Shown here: positions 1 to 10,814 of the stretch, one piece after another
Position numbering within the stretch: position 1 is the first letter of the stretch
Layout: each line of letters begins with the position of its first letter
Assembly (NCBI GenBank): GCA_963850305.1
Contig: CAWKKR010000008.1
Location: forward strand, 1,792,001 to 1,856,000
Direction of reading: 5' to 3'
Length of the DNA stretch: 64,000 nucleotides
Source: an uncultured delta proteobacterium
Lineage (GTDB): Bacteria > Myxococcota_A > Polyangia > Polyangiales > Polyangiaceae
Position numbers and translations under genes: made by a program
The notes under the pieces: model-generated
Databases searched by the model: none
What the model was told of the DNA's origin: nothing
What the model saw: the letters and a program-made list of their open reading frames with translations, nothing else

Positions 1-2
1 CA

Positions 3-221
3 GCTCTCACCGAAGATCAGAAGGCCGTTCTCGAGAAGCGCGGCGTGCTGCCTCCCGAAGAGATCCATCGTCTCGCCTCGAAGACCCGCAAAGCCGTCGG
101 CGCGGAAGTGGGCGCGAAGGCGCCTTGCCACAGCGATCTGACCACGCCGGAGAGCGCGGAGCGCATCCAGAGCGCGAAGCTTGTCCAGATCCGCACGAAC
201 GCGCGTTTCGACGCGGAGTGA
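3..221 (+). CDS. 3' end of an unidentified gene entering the window
   Basis: Open frame ALTEDQKAVLEKRG...ARFDAE* with GC-rich third positions; its stop converges on the hslO stop. Confidence 0.55.
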   Translation, partial: ALTEDQKAVLEKRGVLPPEEIHRLASKTRKAVGAEVGAKAPCHSDLTTPESAERIQSAKLVQIRTNARFDAE

Positions 222-224
222 CAC

Positions 225-1079
225 TCAGCTCGCGTCGAGGAGCCCGCGGAGCTCGGGCGGCGCCACGCGATAGTCCCGCTTGCAATAATCGCAGCGGATC
301 TCGAGCACGTCGCCGTCGTCGATCATCGATTGAATCTCGGCGCGAGGCAGGCTCGACAGAGCGGACACGACGCTCAGACGGCTGCACCAACACTCGAATC
401 GAACATCGTCGTTCCCGAGCGGGGTAAAAGGCATGGCGTGAAGGAGATCGTCCGTCAGTGTCGAGGGCGAGAAGCCCCCCTCGACGAGACGCGCTCCGAT
501 CGATCTGAACTCTTCCAGTCGCTCCGTCATGACCATCAGCGGACCGCGCTGCGCCTCGGGCAAGAGCTGCACGAGGTATCCGCCAGCGGACACGACGTCC
601 GCACCGTCGATGACCGTCTCCACGACCACCATGGTGGAGATGTGCTCCGACACCTCGAGATATGTCATCAGCGCCTGAGCCACCCCGCCCGTTTCGGGGA
701 GGGCGACGACTCCCTGCTGGAGACTGCCGTCGTGGAGTGTCCGCATGAGCCGCATGAGCCCGCCCGGCCCGATCTCGACGCTTGCGTCCGCGTTCGATCG
801 CGTGATGAGTCCGCGGGTGCGCCCTGACGGATGCGAATCCGCCACGAGCGCCCCGCTTCGTCCGTTGCCACGCAGGATCGCCTGAACGCGGAGCTGCGGC
901 GCCATCGTGACGCGCGTGAGCACCACGCTCGTGAGCAGATCCCCCAGCTGACGCGCCGCCTCGCCCGTCGCCCCCTGCGCGGCGAGCGCACCACGGACGG
1001 TGTCCGTCGTCTTCGTACTCACGACGCGGAACGCCCCGTCGTTCGTCATCGCACGAAAAACCGAGTCGGCGCCGGGCAT
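225..1079 (-). CDS. hslO: Hsp33 redox-regulated chaperone
   Basis: AGGYLVQLLP motif and C-terminal Zn motif CWCS...CDYC; start trimmed to MPGADSV. Confidence 0.92.
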   Translation of the reverse strand: MPGADSVFRAMTNDGAFRVVSTKTTDTVRGALAAQGATGEAARQLGDLLTSVVLTRVTMAPQLRVQAILRGNGRSGALVADSHPSGRTRGLITRSNADASVEIGPGGLMRLMRTLHDGSLQQGVVALPETGGVAQALMTYLEVSEHISTMVVVETVIDGADVVSAGGYLVQLLPEAQRGPLMVMTERLEEFRSIGARLVEGGFSPSTLTDDLLHAMPFTPLGNDDVRFECWCSRLSVVSALSSLPRAEIQSMIDDGDVLEIRCDYCKRDYRVAPPELRGLLDAS

Positions 1080-1241
1080 GGAGCACAAATGTAGTTCAGC
1101 GCGGGTCGGATGGCACCACCCGATCCAGTGCAAATCAAAATTTCCGCACTTGCTGCGACATCCCGTTTCCCACTTCTCCTACTCCCACGGCTCCCACGGA
1201 CGCGGGGTCTCGCTTGCGTCTATCCTGTCACATTGTCACCC

Positions 1242-2825
1242 ATGGCGCGCTGCCCCCGGCGAGTGTCTTCGGTTCGATGCGTGACCATGGCGCTGGTCGC
1301 GCTCGTGTCAGGTCTCGGCGCGTGCAGCAAGAGCGGCGCCGCGCCGCCCGGTGGTTCGCAATGCACTGCGACGGCGTGTGGCGCCGGGGGGTCCGTCGGT
1401 GCAGGCGGGTCCGTGACCAGCGGTGGCGCGAGCAGCAGCGGTGGCACGACCAGCAGCGGAGGTGGTGCCACGGGGAGCACTGGCGGCGAGGGTGGAGCGA
1501 CTTCGAGCGGTGGCGCTCCCGGCGACGCCGGGACGTCCGTGCCCGTCTTCACGCTCGTCATCGATGCGCCGAAGAACGAAGCGACGCTCAGCGGGCTCGT
1601 CACCGTGAGCGGCTTCGCGCCGGGGTTCGTCAACGTCGAGGTCTGGGACCCGACGCACGAGCACCCCCCGCTCGCACAGGCGACCCCGGCCTCGAACGGC
1701 GCGTTCTCCGTGGAGATCGACACCAGCGGTCTGGCTGCGGGCGCCACGACGTGGACCGTCTATGCCTGGGACGTGCCGCCCGGCGGAACTCCGACGCACA
1801 GCGCGAACGTCGCGTTGAACCTCACGATCGGCGGCGGTGCCGAGACCGACGCGGGCAGGAACGGCACCGAGACCATCGGCACCGGCGACATCTCCTCGCC
1901 CGCGGTCGGTCCGCCGCCGTCGGACGCGGTGAAGATCGGCGGTTCGAATTTCGTCCTCGTGAAGAACTGGGATTTCGGGACGGGCGGCACCATCCGCAAC
2001 GTGACCGATCTGACCACCGAGTTCGTCTTCCACGACCAGTTCGGGACCATCGCGAACGGGACGAACTACGGCGCCGTGATCGTCGCGCCGACCGCGGCGA
2101 CGGCGATCTCCGCGAGCGGTCTCGGTCTGCCGAACGACATGCAACCTGTCGAGGATCCGCTGCACCCGACTCGCGAGTGGACCGCCACGTCGATCCTCGC
2201 CCAAGTGCAGCCGCTCTCCACGTCGCAGACCACCGTGAGTGCGTCGTCGCACAACGCCGGCAACGGCAGCTTCGTCGCGAAATGGAAGCTCGCTGCCGGC
2301 GGCAAGCTTCTCGGCAAAGACCTGCTGTGGGAAACCCGGGCGCGCATGCCCGTGCCGGTCGCCGCGTACTGGTTCGCCCTGTGGACCGCGGGCAATCAGT
2401 GGAACGGCGGCGCGGAAATGGACACGCTCGAGTCCTTCGGGTCGGCGAACGTCTATCCGCCGCCGACCGCATTCCACGTGAACTCCGTCGGCGGAACCGA
2501 CTCCATCGACTATTCGAGCTGGCCGAACGGGTTGACCACCGCCGGTATCCCGACGACCGATCGCGATCTCACTGCGTATCACACGTGGGCGTGGCTCTAC
2601 CGGTCGGACGACACCTACGTCGTTTACTTTGACGGCTACGTCGCGCAAACCGGCACGCTCCACTGGACGCTCGCAGGTACCGAGGGAGGCCAGACGATCG
2701 ACATGGATTTCTTGTTCGACCTCTCCTGGGGTCACACGCAGGTCGCTTCCGTGAACGCCACACTGCCCGCCACCGATTTTCCGCTCACCTACGAGGTCGA
2801 CTACAGCCGCGTGTATCTGCGGTAG
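1242..2825 (+). CDS. Lipoprotein with Gly/Ser linker, Ig-like domain and GH16-like glycoside hydrolase domain
   Basis: Lipobox LGAC, GGS-rich linker, catalytic-type motif EMDTLE (ExDxxE), C-terminal YEVDYSRVY. Confidence 0.7.
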   Translation: MARCPRRVSSVRCVTMALVALVSGLGACSKSGAAPPGGSQCTATACGAGGSVGAGGSVTSGGASSSGGTTSSGGGATGSTGGEGGATSSGGAPGDAGTSVPVFTLVIDAPKNEATLSGLVTVSGFAPGFVNVEVWDPTHEHPPLAQATPASNGAFSVEIDTSGLAAGATTWTVYAWDVPPGGTPTHSANVALNLTIGGGAETDAGRNGTETIGTGDISSPAVGPPPSDAVKIGGSNFVLVKNWDFGTGGTIRNVTDLTTEFVFHDQFGTIANGTNYGAVIVAPTAATAISASGLGLPNDMQPVEDPLHPTREWTATSILAQVQPLSTSQTTVSASSHNAGNGSFVAKWKLAAGGKLLGKDLLWETRARMPVPVAAYWFALWTAGNQWNGGAEMDTLESFGSANVYPPPTAFHVNSVGGTDSIDYSSWPNGLTTAGIPTTDRDLTAYHTWAWLYRSDDTYVVYFDGYVAQTGTLHWTLAGTEGGQTIDMDFLFDLSWGHTQVASVNATLPATDFPLTYEVDYSRVYLR

Positions 2826-3101
2826 CTCCGTATCCGGCCGAGGCAAGACGCCTGCGTCCAGGGCCTTGGTCTCCCGCGACCAGCACGCCCCCCATCCCGA
2901 TCTTGATTGGTGCACCGGGAGCGCGTGCTCCGGAACGTTGGCTCTCGCGGTTGTGGCTGTCTTTCAGGACACGTTTCGGCCGGATCGGCAATGACCACGC
3001 CTTGGTGGACAGCCGATCACGTCGCGGTCAGCGACGACCCTGTCGCGAGGACAGCCGAACGCGTCCCGGTCAGCGACGCTCGATTCGGGGCACCCACTTC
3101 G

Positions 3102-3749
3102 TCACTTGATGCGTTCCTGAACGAGTTCGCCGGTTCCCAGGTTCCTGCCGTGCACGTCGACGTACGCGACCGAAAGCGGCCCCGACAGCTTGACGTAAAT
3201 CGAGAGGAGCTCCGCGTACGGTACCCCGGCGATCTCGGTGCGCGCGAGCGCGTGGCAGTGACCGTCCTTCCCCATGGAGGTCGAAATCCAGATCCAGCGG
3301 TCTACTTGCTTCAGCTTCAGCGAATACTCTCCGCCCCGCGGAGTGCTCGGTAGCGCGTCTTGCGTCGAAATGCCGTAGGCCAGGTATTCGAACCCGGCGA
3401 GATCGTGCACGCGAGCCGGCGAATGTTCGAACTCGCGCCAGTACGGGAAGACAGCGTTCTTCCCGACCGCGATGCAGTGCTCGTCGAGGTGCATGCCGTA
3501 ATCGACGCGGTTCCGGTCATCGCTCTTCGAGATGAAGAAGACCGTGGCAATGTCATGAGGGCCAAAGCTGGGTTCACCCGCTCGCGCAGCGGGGGCGAAC
3601 TGGACCGCCGCGAAGCAGAGCGCCGCGGTCGTGCCGACACCACGAGCCCATCGCGCCGTGACTCGCTCCTGGCCCCCACGGGCACCGGAGGTCCGGCCGG
3701 AGCCGATCGACGGTGCCGGCGCGCTCGGTATCGGACTTCGACTCCACAT
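3102..3749 (-). CDS. Secreted DUF4833-like protein
   Basis: Signal peptide ending ARA, then FFISKSDDRNRVDY...PYW...EYLAYG; start uncertain. Confidence 0.65.
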   Translation of the reverse strand: MWSRSPIPSAPAPSIGSGRTSGARGGQERVTARWARGVGTTAALCFAAVQFAPAARAGEPSFGPHDIATVFFISKSDDRNRVDYGMHLDEHCIAVGKNAVFPYWREFEHSPARVHDLAGFEYLAYGISTQDALPSTPRGGEYSLKLKQVDRWIWISTSMGKDGHCHALARTEIAGVPYAELLSIYVKLSGPLSVAYVDVHGRNLGTGELVQERIK

Positions 3750-3969
3750 GGACTTGCTACGGTGATAATGCGCATTCGTCGGCTCGCCAGGCACACCTTC
3801 ATCCGCGGTGTCGCTTTCTCTACGCCTCCAGCCAACCTGGCTACCCAATCAGGCGTCGGTGTCTTCGAGTGAGTCGCCTTCAGCATGGATGCCAGCCGTC
3901 CGCGGAGAATCCCGGATTCTCACTCCCCGGCTTGCTCCTGGAGGATTCCTGACAAAAGCTCCGGGCCCC

Positions 3970-6048
3970 ATGAGTTCGGACGTGTTGCTCGAGATCGGCG
4001 TGGAGGAGTTGCCGGCGTCGTTCGTCAGTAGTGCGGTCGACGCGCTGCCCGTCTTGCTCTCCGACCGCCTCGCGGAGCTGAGGCTCTCGCACGGGGAGGT
4101 CCGCGCGTTCGGTACGCCGCGGCGCCTTGCCGTCATCGCGCGCGGCGTCGGTGACCGTCAGCCGGATCTCTCCGATGAGGTGCTCGGACCGCCCGCCCGG
4201 GTGGCCTTCGATGCGAACAAGAATCCGACGCGCGCGGCGGTGGCGTTTGCCGAGAAGACTCGCGTCCCCGTGGAGGCGCTCTACGTGAAAGAGACACCGA
4301 AGGGCGACTACGTCGCCGCGCATCGGGTCGAGCAGGGTGCGGCCGCGACCGCGCTCTTGCCTGGAGCGCTCGAGCGCGTCTGTGGGGCCATCGTATTCAA
4401 GAAGTCCATGCGCTGGTCCGATGGCGACGCCATTTTCGGACGGCCCGTTCGGTGGCTGGTCGCTCTGTTCGGCGATGCGGTGGTGCCGGTTCGCTTCGCG
4501 GGTTACGTCGCGGATCGGCTGACGCACGGCCATCGCTTCCTCGACGGCGCGTCGTTCCGGATCGATGCGCCGTCCGCGTACGAGTCCGGGCTTCGCGCGC
4601 ATCACGTCGTCGTCGACCCCGAGGAGCGCAAGCGGGTGATGCTCGAGCGACTCGAGTCGGCCGCGAAGGCGCTCGGGGGCGAGCTCATCCGGGACGCGTT
4701 CCTCGTCGAGGAGAATGCGTCGCTTGTCGAAGAGCCGCACGTCGTCGCCGGGAGCTTCGACGCGGCGTTCCTCTCGCTGCCGGAGCGAGTGATCCTGGAC
4801 GTCGCGAAGGGGCATCAGCGGTATTTCGGTGTCCGCAGCGCCGACGGAAAGCTCCTGCCGAGGTACCTCGCCGTCGTGAATACGGCGGAGAAGCCGGAAA
4901 ACGTGCGGCGCGGGAACGATCGCGTGATGCGTGCGCGGCTGTCGGACGCGAAGTTTTTCTACGAGGAGGATCTGAAGACGCCGCTCGGCGCTCGACGGAA
5001 AGCGCTCGACGGGATCGTGTTCCACAAGAAGCTGGGTACCGTCGGTGACAAGGTGCGGCGAATGGAACGCCTCGTCGCGGAACTCGGCGCGCACCTCGGG
5101 CTCGCTTCGAAGACGATCGCGACGGCGCTCGACGGCGCGGCGCTCGCGAAGTGCGATCTCGTGACTCTCATGGTCGGCGAGCTGCCGGAGCTCCAGGGCG
5201 AGATGGGACGGGCGTATGCGATCTCGCAGGGATGCGATCCCGCCGTCGCCGACGTGGTGGCGGAGCATTACTTGCCGCGCGGCGCGGAAGACGCGCCCGC
5301 GCCGTCCGATGCGGGCGCGCTCGTGGCGATCGCGGACCGACTCGATACGCTCGTCGGCTCCTGCGCCGTGAACGTCATGCCGACGGGCGCCGCCGACCCG
5401 CTCGCGCTCCGCAGGGCGGCGATGGGTGTCCTCCGGACGATCATCCACAAGCAATGGGATCTGGTCGCGCCCAGGGCCGTGCTGTCGGCGCACGCGGGGT
5501 TCGATTCCGTGCGGCTCGACCTGGACGGAGCCGTCACGGCCGAGCGACTCTCCGGATTCCTGGCTCAGCGCCTTCGCGGCATCCTGGGCGCCGAGCTCGC
5601 GTCGGACGTCGTGGATGCCTGCGTCGCGGCGGGTTACGAGCGCCCTCTCGACGTGGTTCGTCGCGCGCTGGCCCTCGCTGCCATCGACCCCGGCGTGCGC
5701 GCGCTGGTCGGCGAGGTCTTCAAGCGCGCCGCGAACATCGGGAAGGACGCCCCCGGAGGCGTGACGGTGCCGCCGGAGGACGTCTCGCCGGACGTGCACG
5801 CGTCGGAGAGAGCCTTGTTCGCGGCGTTCGCGACGCTGCGCGCGGAGCTCGTGGCCGGCAGCGACTACGCGCACTGCCTCGGCGCCATCGCGCACTTCGC
5901 GCCCATCCTCGGCAAATTCTTCGAGGACGTTTTCGTCATGGTCGACGACGAGCCCGTCCGGAATAACCGGCTCCGTCTGATGCGCGACATCCAGCGAACG
6001 TGCTCGACGATCGCGAACTTCAACCTGCTCGCCAGAGCGCCGAGCTAG
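3970..6048 (+). CDS. glyS: Glycine--tRNA ligase beta subunit
   Basis: [47 protein letters not shown]. Confidence 0.97.
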   Translation: MSSDVLLEIGVEELPASFVSSAVDALPVLLSDRLAELRLSHGEVRAFGTPRRLAVIARGVGDRQPDLSDEVLGPPARVAFDANKNPTRAAVAFAEKTRVPVEALYVKETPKGDYVAAHRVEQGAAATALLPGALERVCGAIVFKKSMRWSDGDAIFGRPVRWLVALFGDAVVPVRFAGYVADRLTHGHRFLDGASFRIDAPSAYESGLRAHHVVVDPEERKRVMLERLESAAKALGGELIRDAFLVEENASLVEEPHVVAGSFDAAFLSLPERVILDVAKGHQRYFGVRSADGKLLPRYLAVVNTAEKPENVRRGNDRVMRARLSDAKFFYEEDLKTPLGARRKALDGIVFHKKLGTVGDKVRRMERLVAELGAHLGLASKTIATALDGAALAKCDLVTLMVGELPELQGEMGRAYAISQGCDPAVADVVAEHYLPRGAEDAPAPSDAGALVAIADRLDTLVGSCAVNVMPTGAADPLALRRAAMGVLRTIIHKQWDLVAPRAVLSAHAGFDSVRLDLDGAVTAERLSGFLAQRLRGILGAELASDVVDACVAAGYERPLDVVRRALALAAIDPGVRALVGEVFKRAANIGKDAPGGVTVPPEDVSPDVHASERALFAAFATLRAELVAGSDYAHCLGAIAHFAPILGKFFEDVFVMVDDEPVRNNRLRLMRDIQRTCSTIANFNLLARAPS

Positions 6049-6061
6049 TCCGTCGACCCCC

Positions 6062-8608
6062 GTGGCCACGACGTCGCGCCCGAAGGCTCCGCTCGAGGAG
6101 AGCCTCTTCACGGTCGCGCCGGATCCGGCGAACGTCACCGGCGACGAGCTGCTCGATCGCTTCGTCGAGTACACCCAGGACCGGGGGCTCGAGCTTTATC
6201 CGGCGCAGGAAGAAGCGCTCCTCGAAGTCTTCGCCGGGAAGAACCTGATCCTGTCGACGCCGACGGGGTCCGGCAAGTCCCTGGTCGCGACGGCCGCGCA
6301 CTTTCGCTCGATGGCGCTCCGCGAGCGCTCCTTTTATACGTGCCCGATCAAGGCGCTCGTCAACGAGAAGTTCTTCGCGCTCTCCCGCGACTTCGGGCCG
6401 GACAACGTGGGGATGATGACCGGCGACGCGAGCATCAACCGCGACGCACCAATCGTCTGCTGCACCGCGGAGATCCTCGCGAACGTCGCGCTCCGCGAGG
6501 GGAGCGACGCGGACATCGGAACCGTCGTCATGGACGAGTTCCACTATTACGCCGACCGGGAGCGCGGCACGGCCTGGCAAGTGCCGCTCCTCACGCTCCC
6601 GCAGGCGACGTTCGTGCTCATGTCCGCGACGCTCGGGCCGACCGAGTTCTTCGAGCGAGCCCTGACGGAGCTGAACGGCAAGGCCACCGCCACCGTACGG
6701 TCCACGGTGAGGCCCGTGCCCCTCGACTTCGAGTATCGGGAGAGCCCGCTGCACGAGACCATCATCGACCTCGTGAAGACCGGGCGTCATCCGATCTACG
6801 TCGTGGCGTTCACGCAGCGCGCCTGCGCGGAGCAAGCGCAGAACCTGATGAGCACCGACTACTCGACGAAGGACGAGAAGCGCGCGATCCACGCCGCCCT
6901 CGAGGGCGTGCGGTGGGGGAGTCCGTACGGCAAGGAGGTCCAGAAGTACCTCCGCCACGGGATTGCGATCCATCACGCGGGCCTGCTTCCGAAGTACCGA
7001 TTGCTCGTCGAGCGGCTCGCGCAGACGGGGCTTCTCAAGGTCATCTGCGGGACGGACACGCTCGGCGTCGGGGTCAACATCCCGATCCGGACGGTGCTCT
7101 TCACGCAGCTCTGCAAGTTCGACGGCGAGAAGACGAGTCTGCTCTCGGTGCGCGACTTCCAGCAGATCAGCGGCCGCGCCGGGCGCAAGGGGTTCGACGA
7201 CCGAGGGAGCGTGGTCGCGCAGGCGCCGGAGCACGTCGTCGAGAACCTGCGGCTCGAGTCGAAAGCGGGCCGTGACCCGGCCAAGCGACGCAAGGTCGTG
7301 AAGAAGAAGCCGCCGGAGCGCGGCTACGTCCACTGGGATCGAGCGGTCTTCGATCGTCTCGTGACGTCCTCGCCCGAGCCGCTCACGCCGCGCTTCACGG
7401 TGACGCACGGCATGCTCCTCGGCGTGCTCGCGCGACCGAGGTACGGCTGTCACGCCATGGCGCGCCTGATTCACGGGTCGCACGCGCGGAAGGCGGAGAA
7501 GCGGCTGCTCGCCAGGACCGCGTTCGCGCTGTTCCATTCCCTTGTCGAGGCGAACATCGTCAGCGTGGCGAAAGGCACGCACCGCACCACGGTGAACGTG
7601 GACCTCCAGGATGATTTCTCGCTGAACCATGCGCTGTCGCTGTACCTCGTCGACACGCTCTCGCTTTTGGATCCGGAAGACCCCGGTTACGGCCTCGACG
7701 TGCTCACGCTGGTCGAGTCGATCCTCGAGAACCCGCAGCTCATCCTCGACCGACAGCTCGACAAGCTGAAGACGCTGAAGCTCGCCGAGCTGAAGGCCGC
7801 TGGCGTCGAGTACGACCAGCGCATGGCCGAGCTCGAGAAGCTCGAATACCCGAAGCCGAACCGCGACTTCATTTACGACACGTTCAACGCGTTCTCGAAG
7901 CAACACCCGTGGGTCGCCGCCGAGAACATCCGGCCGAAGTCCATCGCGCGCGAGATGTACGAGGGGCTGCTTTCGTTCGGCGACTACGTCAAAGAGTACG
8001 GGATTGAGCGCGCGGAGGGGCTCGTTCTCCGCTATCTGTCGGACGTCTACAAGACGCTCGTGCAAACCGTTCCCGCGCCGTCGAAGAACGAAGCCGTCGA
8101 GGACGTCGTGATCTATTTCGGCGCGATCGTCCGCTCGGTCGACGCGAGCTTGCTCGACGAGTGGGAAAAGATGCGTGGCGGCGCCGTGGCCCCCGACGTG
8201 GCCGTCGAGACCGCGGAACCGGTCGATACGTCGGACGTCACGCGCGACCCGCGCGCGTTCACCGTGCTCGTTCGAAACCTGGCATTCGCCCTCGTCCGCT
8301 CGCTGGCCGCCCGCGACTACGTCGCCGCCGCGGCGCTGCTCGAGCCCGGAGAAGACCCCTGGACGCCAAGGCGTTTCGACGACGTCCTCGCGCCGTTCTG
8401 GGCGGAACACGCAACGTTGCTCACGACGCCCGCGGGGCGCGCCCCTGCGAACACGCGCCTCGAGCGCGGCGACGGCGTCTGGCGGCTCGAGCAGATCCTG
8501 TGCGATGCCGACGAAGCGAACGACTGGCGCATCCTCGGCACGATCAATCTGAGCGCCTCGCGCGAGGCGGGGCGCCCCGTCCTCGTCGTCACTGCAATCG
8601 AGAGTTGA
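6062..8608 (+). CDS. Ski2/HelY-like DEAH-box RNA helicase (DUF3516-type C-terminus)
   Basis: [37 protein letters not shown]. Confidence 0.92.
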   Translation: MATTSRPKAPLEESLFTVAPDPANVTGDELLDRFVEYTQDRGLELYPAQEEALLEVFAGKNLILSTPTGSGKSLVATAAHFRSMALRERSFYTCPIKALVNEKFFALSRDFGPDNVGMMTGDASINRDAPIVCCTAEILANVALREGSDADIGTVVMDEFHYYADRERGTAWQVPLLTLPQATFVLMSATLGPTEFFERALTELNGKATATVRSTVRPVPLDFEYRESPLHETIIDLVKTGRHPIYVVAFTQRACAEQAQNLMSTDYSTKDEKRAIHAALEGVRWGSPYGKEVQKYLRHGIAIHHAGLLPKYRLLVERLAQTGLLKVICGTDTLGVGVNIPIRTVLFTQLCKFDGEKTSLLSVRDFQQISGRAGRKGFDDRGSVVAQAPEHVVENLRLESKAGRDPAKRRKVVKKKPPERGYVHWDRAVFDRLVTSSPEPLTPRFTVTHGMLLGVLARPRYGCHAMARLIHGSHARKAEKRLLARTAFALFHSLVEANIVSVAKGTHRTTVNVDLQDDFSLNHALSLYLVDTLSLLDPEDPGYGLDVLTLVESILENPQLILDRQLDKLKTLKLAELKAAGVEYDQRMAELEKLEYPKPNRDFIYDTFNAFSKQHPWVAAENIRPKSIAREMYEGLLSFGDYVKEYGIERAEGLVLRYLSDVYKTLVQTVPAPSKNEAVEDVVIYFGAIVRSVDASLLDEWEKMRGGAVAPDVAVETAEPVDTSDVTRDPRAFTVLVRNLAFALVRSLAARDYVAAAALLEPGEDPWTPRRFDDVLAPFWAEHATLLTTPAGRAPANTRLERGDGVWRLEQILCDADEANDWRILGTINLSASREAGRPVLVVTAIES

Positions 8609-8614
8609 CTACGG

Positions 8615-9918
8615 TCAGTGCACCTCCCCGGCGAGAAGCGCGGCGAGCAAGCGTGCGCTTTCGCGGACGTCGTGTTGCGCCCGGACGCGGGCCCGTCCCG
8701 CCGCGCCCATCTCGCGGATGCGCGAGGGGCTCGCGCGCATCGCAGCGCGCATCGCGGCCGCGAGCTCGGAGACCGAACCGGCCGGGACGAGCCACCCGGT
8801 CTTCCCGTCCTCGACGAGCTCGGGAATGCCCGCTACGAAGGTGCTCACGACCGGGCGGGAGAGCGCGAGCGCTTCGATGATGGCGACCGGCAACCCTTCG
8901 GCGAAACTCGGAAGGATGAGTGCGCGCGCGCCGCGGATCTCGTCGCGCACCTTCTGGCCATCGACCCACCCGGTGATACGCACGAGGCGCCTCAGCCCGA
9001 GCTCGTCGAATCCGGCGCGACACTTCCTCCTTCATCTCGCCGTCGCCGACGAGGACCAGCTCGAAGAGTTCTCCACTCCGCGCGAGCTTCGAAGCGGCTT
9101 CCAGAAGCAAGAGCTGGCCCTTCTGCTCGCAGAGACGCCCCACGCACACGAGTCGCGCGAACCGTGGCGCGCTCGCCGGCGCCGCGTCGAGAAACGGCGC
9201 GTCGACGCCGCAGCGGACGACGTGGATCTTGCCCCAGTCTTCGAAGCTCGCGAGCCGGTAGAGCTGGCTCCGCCCGAAGCTCGAGAATCGCGATGACGAA
9301 CGCCGCGTGCCGGATCTTCTCGCCGAGCCCTATGAGTGTTGGCTTGTCGAACTCTTCCGGACCGTGCACCGTGAAGCTGAACGGCGGCCCGCCGAGCTCG
9401 TGACAGAGCATCGCGACTGTCGCAGGGTTCGTTCCGAAGTGCGCATGGACGTGCGTGACGTGCTTCTCCGCGAGCCGCCGCCAGAGAAAGCAGGCTTCGG
9501 CCAGGTACACCCCATGGATGAAGACTCCGCGGTCGGAGCGAAACCCCATGCGGAGCGTGAGCCGAGCAGCGCGCACGAAGGAGACTGGATGCCACAGAGC
9601 ACACACGACCGTCGCGCCAATCAATCGAGCGACGCCCGCTTCGAGGATGAAGTGCGTTCGGTCGCGTTCCCGCAGGTCGTCCGCGTCGGTCAGCTCGTCT
9701 GGCCCACGTCGAATGGAGAACCGTTCGACTGGTACGCCGAGCCGCTCGAGTGCCTCAATCTCCCGCCGAATGAACGTATGGCTCACCTTCGGGTACTGGT
9801 TCACCAGGTATGCGACCCCGCCATTCGCGCCGGGCCTGGGGGCCAGTCCGCCGTGCCGCGTCGAGGCTCCTGGCTCGGGATCGCGTGCTTCGTCCGGAGC
9901 CGTCGCGTCGCTGCCCAT
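8615..9918 (-). CDS. GT4 glycosyltransferase (WcaL-like), split by two +1 frameshifts at ~9287 and ~9010
   Basis: AYLVNQYPKVSHTFIRRE, HVHAHFG, VGRLCEQKG and PSFAEGLPVAIIEA lie in three consecutive frames; removing one base at each GAATC joins them. Confidence 0.85.
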
Positions 9919-9958
9919 CGACAGTCGACGTTGCAAGACACGGGCCCTCGACTCCGGC

Positions 9959-10781
9959 CTATCTCGACGCGCCGTTCGGAGAACGACGCTCGGAGGTCTC
10001 TTGAATGAGCGCGTCCCGTATCTTGTCCGTGATCGATTGCTTTCGCGATGCCGAGAGTCGGCTGCCATCGAGCTCGGCGAGCTCGAACTCGTCCCGCGCG
10101 GTGGCGGCAAACGTGGTCACGTGGAATCGCACGATGGTCAGCCGTTCGCGGAAGATCGTGAGCGAGATGGCGAGCAGCAGCCCCGGACGATCGCCCGCCT
10201 CTACGACGACCACGTCCGCATCGCGAGTGTCGTCGAAGTAGACGGCGACCGATGGTGGTCCCGCCGGCCTCGACGTCTCGGCCGCGCGCTTCTCGAGCGA
10301 GCCGACATCGACTTCGCCCCGCAGGAGCGAGGCGATGGTCCTGCCGATCGAGTCGGAAATCGACCCGGTCGCTCGGGTTGCGCAGCGGGCGCACGGAGAA
10401 CAGATCGATCGCCTCGTCGATACGGTGCGGCCGGGTGCGGCAATACACCCGGGCGCTCAGGATATCCAGCGAGTGCGCGGAGATGGCCGCTGTCAGGAGC
10501 GAAAGGAGCCCTGCGCGGTCATCGGTGACCACGCACATCCATTGACCCCCGTCGGGCTGCGGCGGTCCCGGGCAGGGTTCCACGACGACGAGCGAGCCAG
10601 CGCGCTTGGTGAGGATCCGTGCGTGGGCCCGGATCTCCTCGGCCGAGTGACGCGCGTAGTACGACCTCGGCATCCCTTCGAGCGTCGACGTGTCTGGATT
10701 TCTCGGAGAATCAGGCCGAGAGGACGGGGGACCAGACGGCGACGAATCGGTCGACACGGTGAGTGAATGAAACCCGTTCAT
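9959..10781 (-). CDS. Stand-alone GlnD-C-terminus-like tandem ACT protein, frameshift at ~10358
   Basis: MPRSYYARHSAEEIRAH, VVTDDRAGLL...LDILSARVY, then VEAGDRPGLL...ARDEF in the next frame. Confidence 0.75.
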
Positions 10782-10814
10782 CTGCTTCGCGCCGGCTTCG
10801 GGTTCGTTTCGTAT

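Noticed and set aside
2907..3353. ORF containing a 12-bp direct repeat cggtcagcgacg
   Set aside because: It overlaps the DUF4833-like gene antisense and has no recognisable motif; the repeat is too short to interpret
3880..8410. Very long antisense ORFs (e.g. 3880..6174, 6020..8410; likewise 20909..23065 and 32745..35234)
   Set aside because: Shadow ORFs expected opposite high-GC genes; Arg-rich and without motifs
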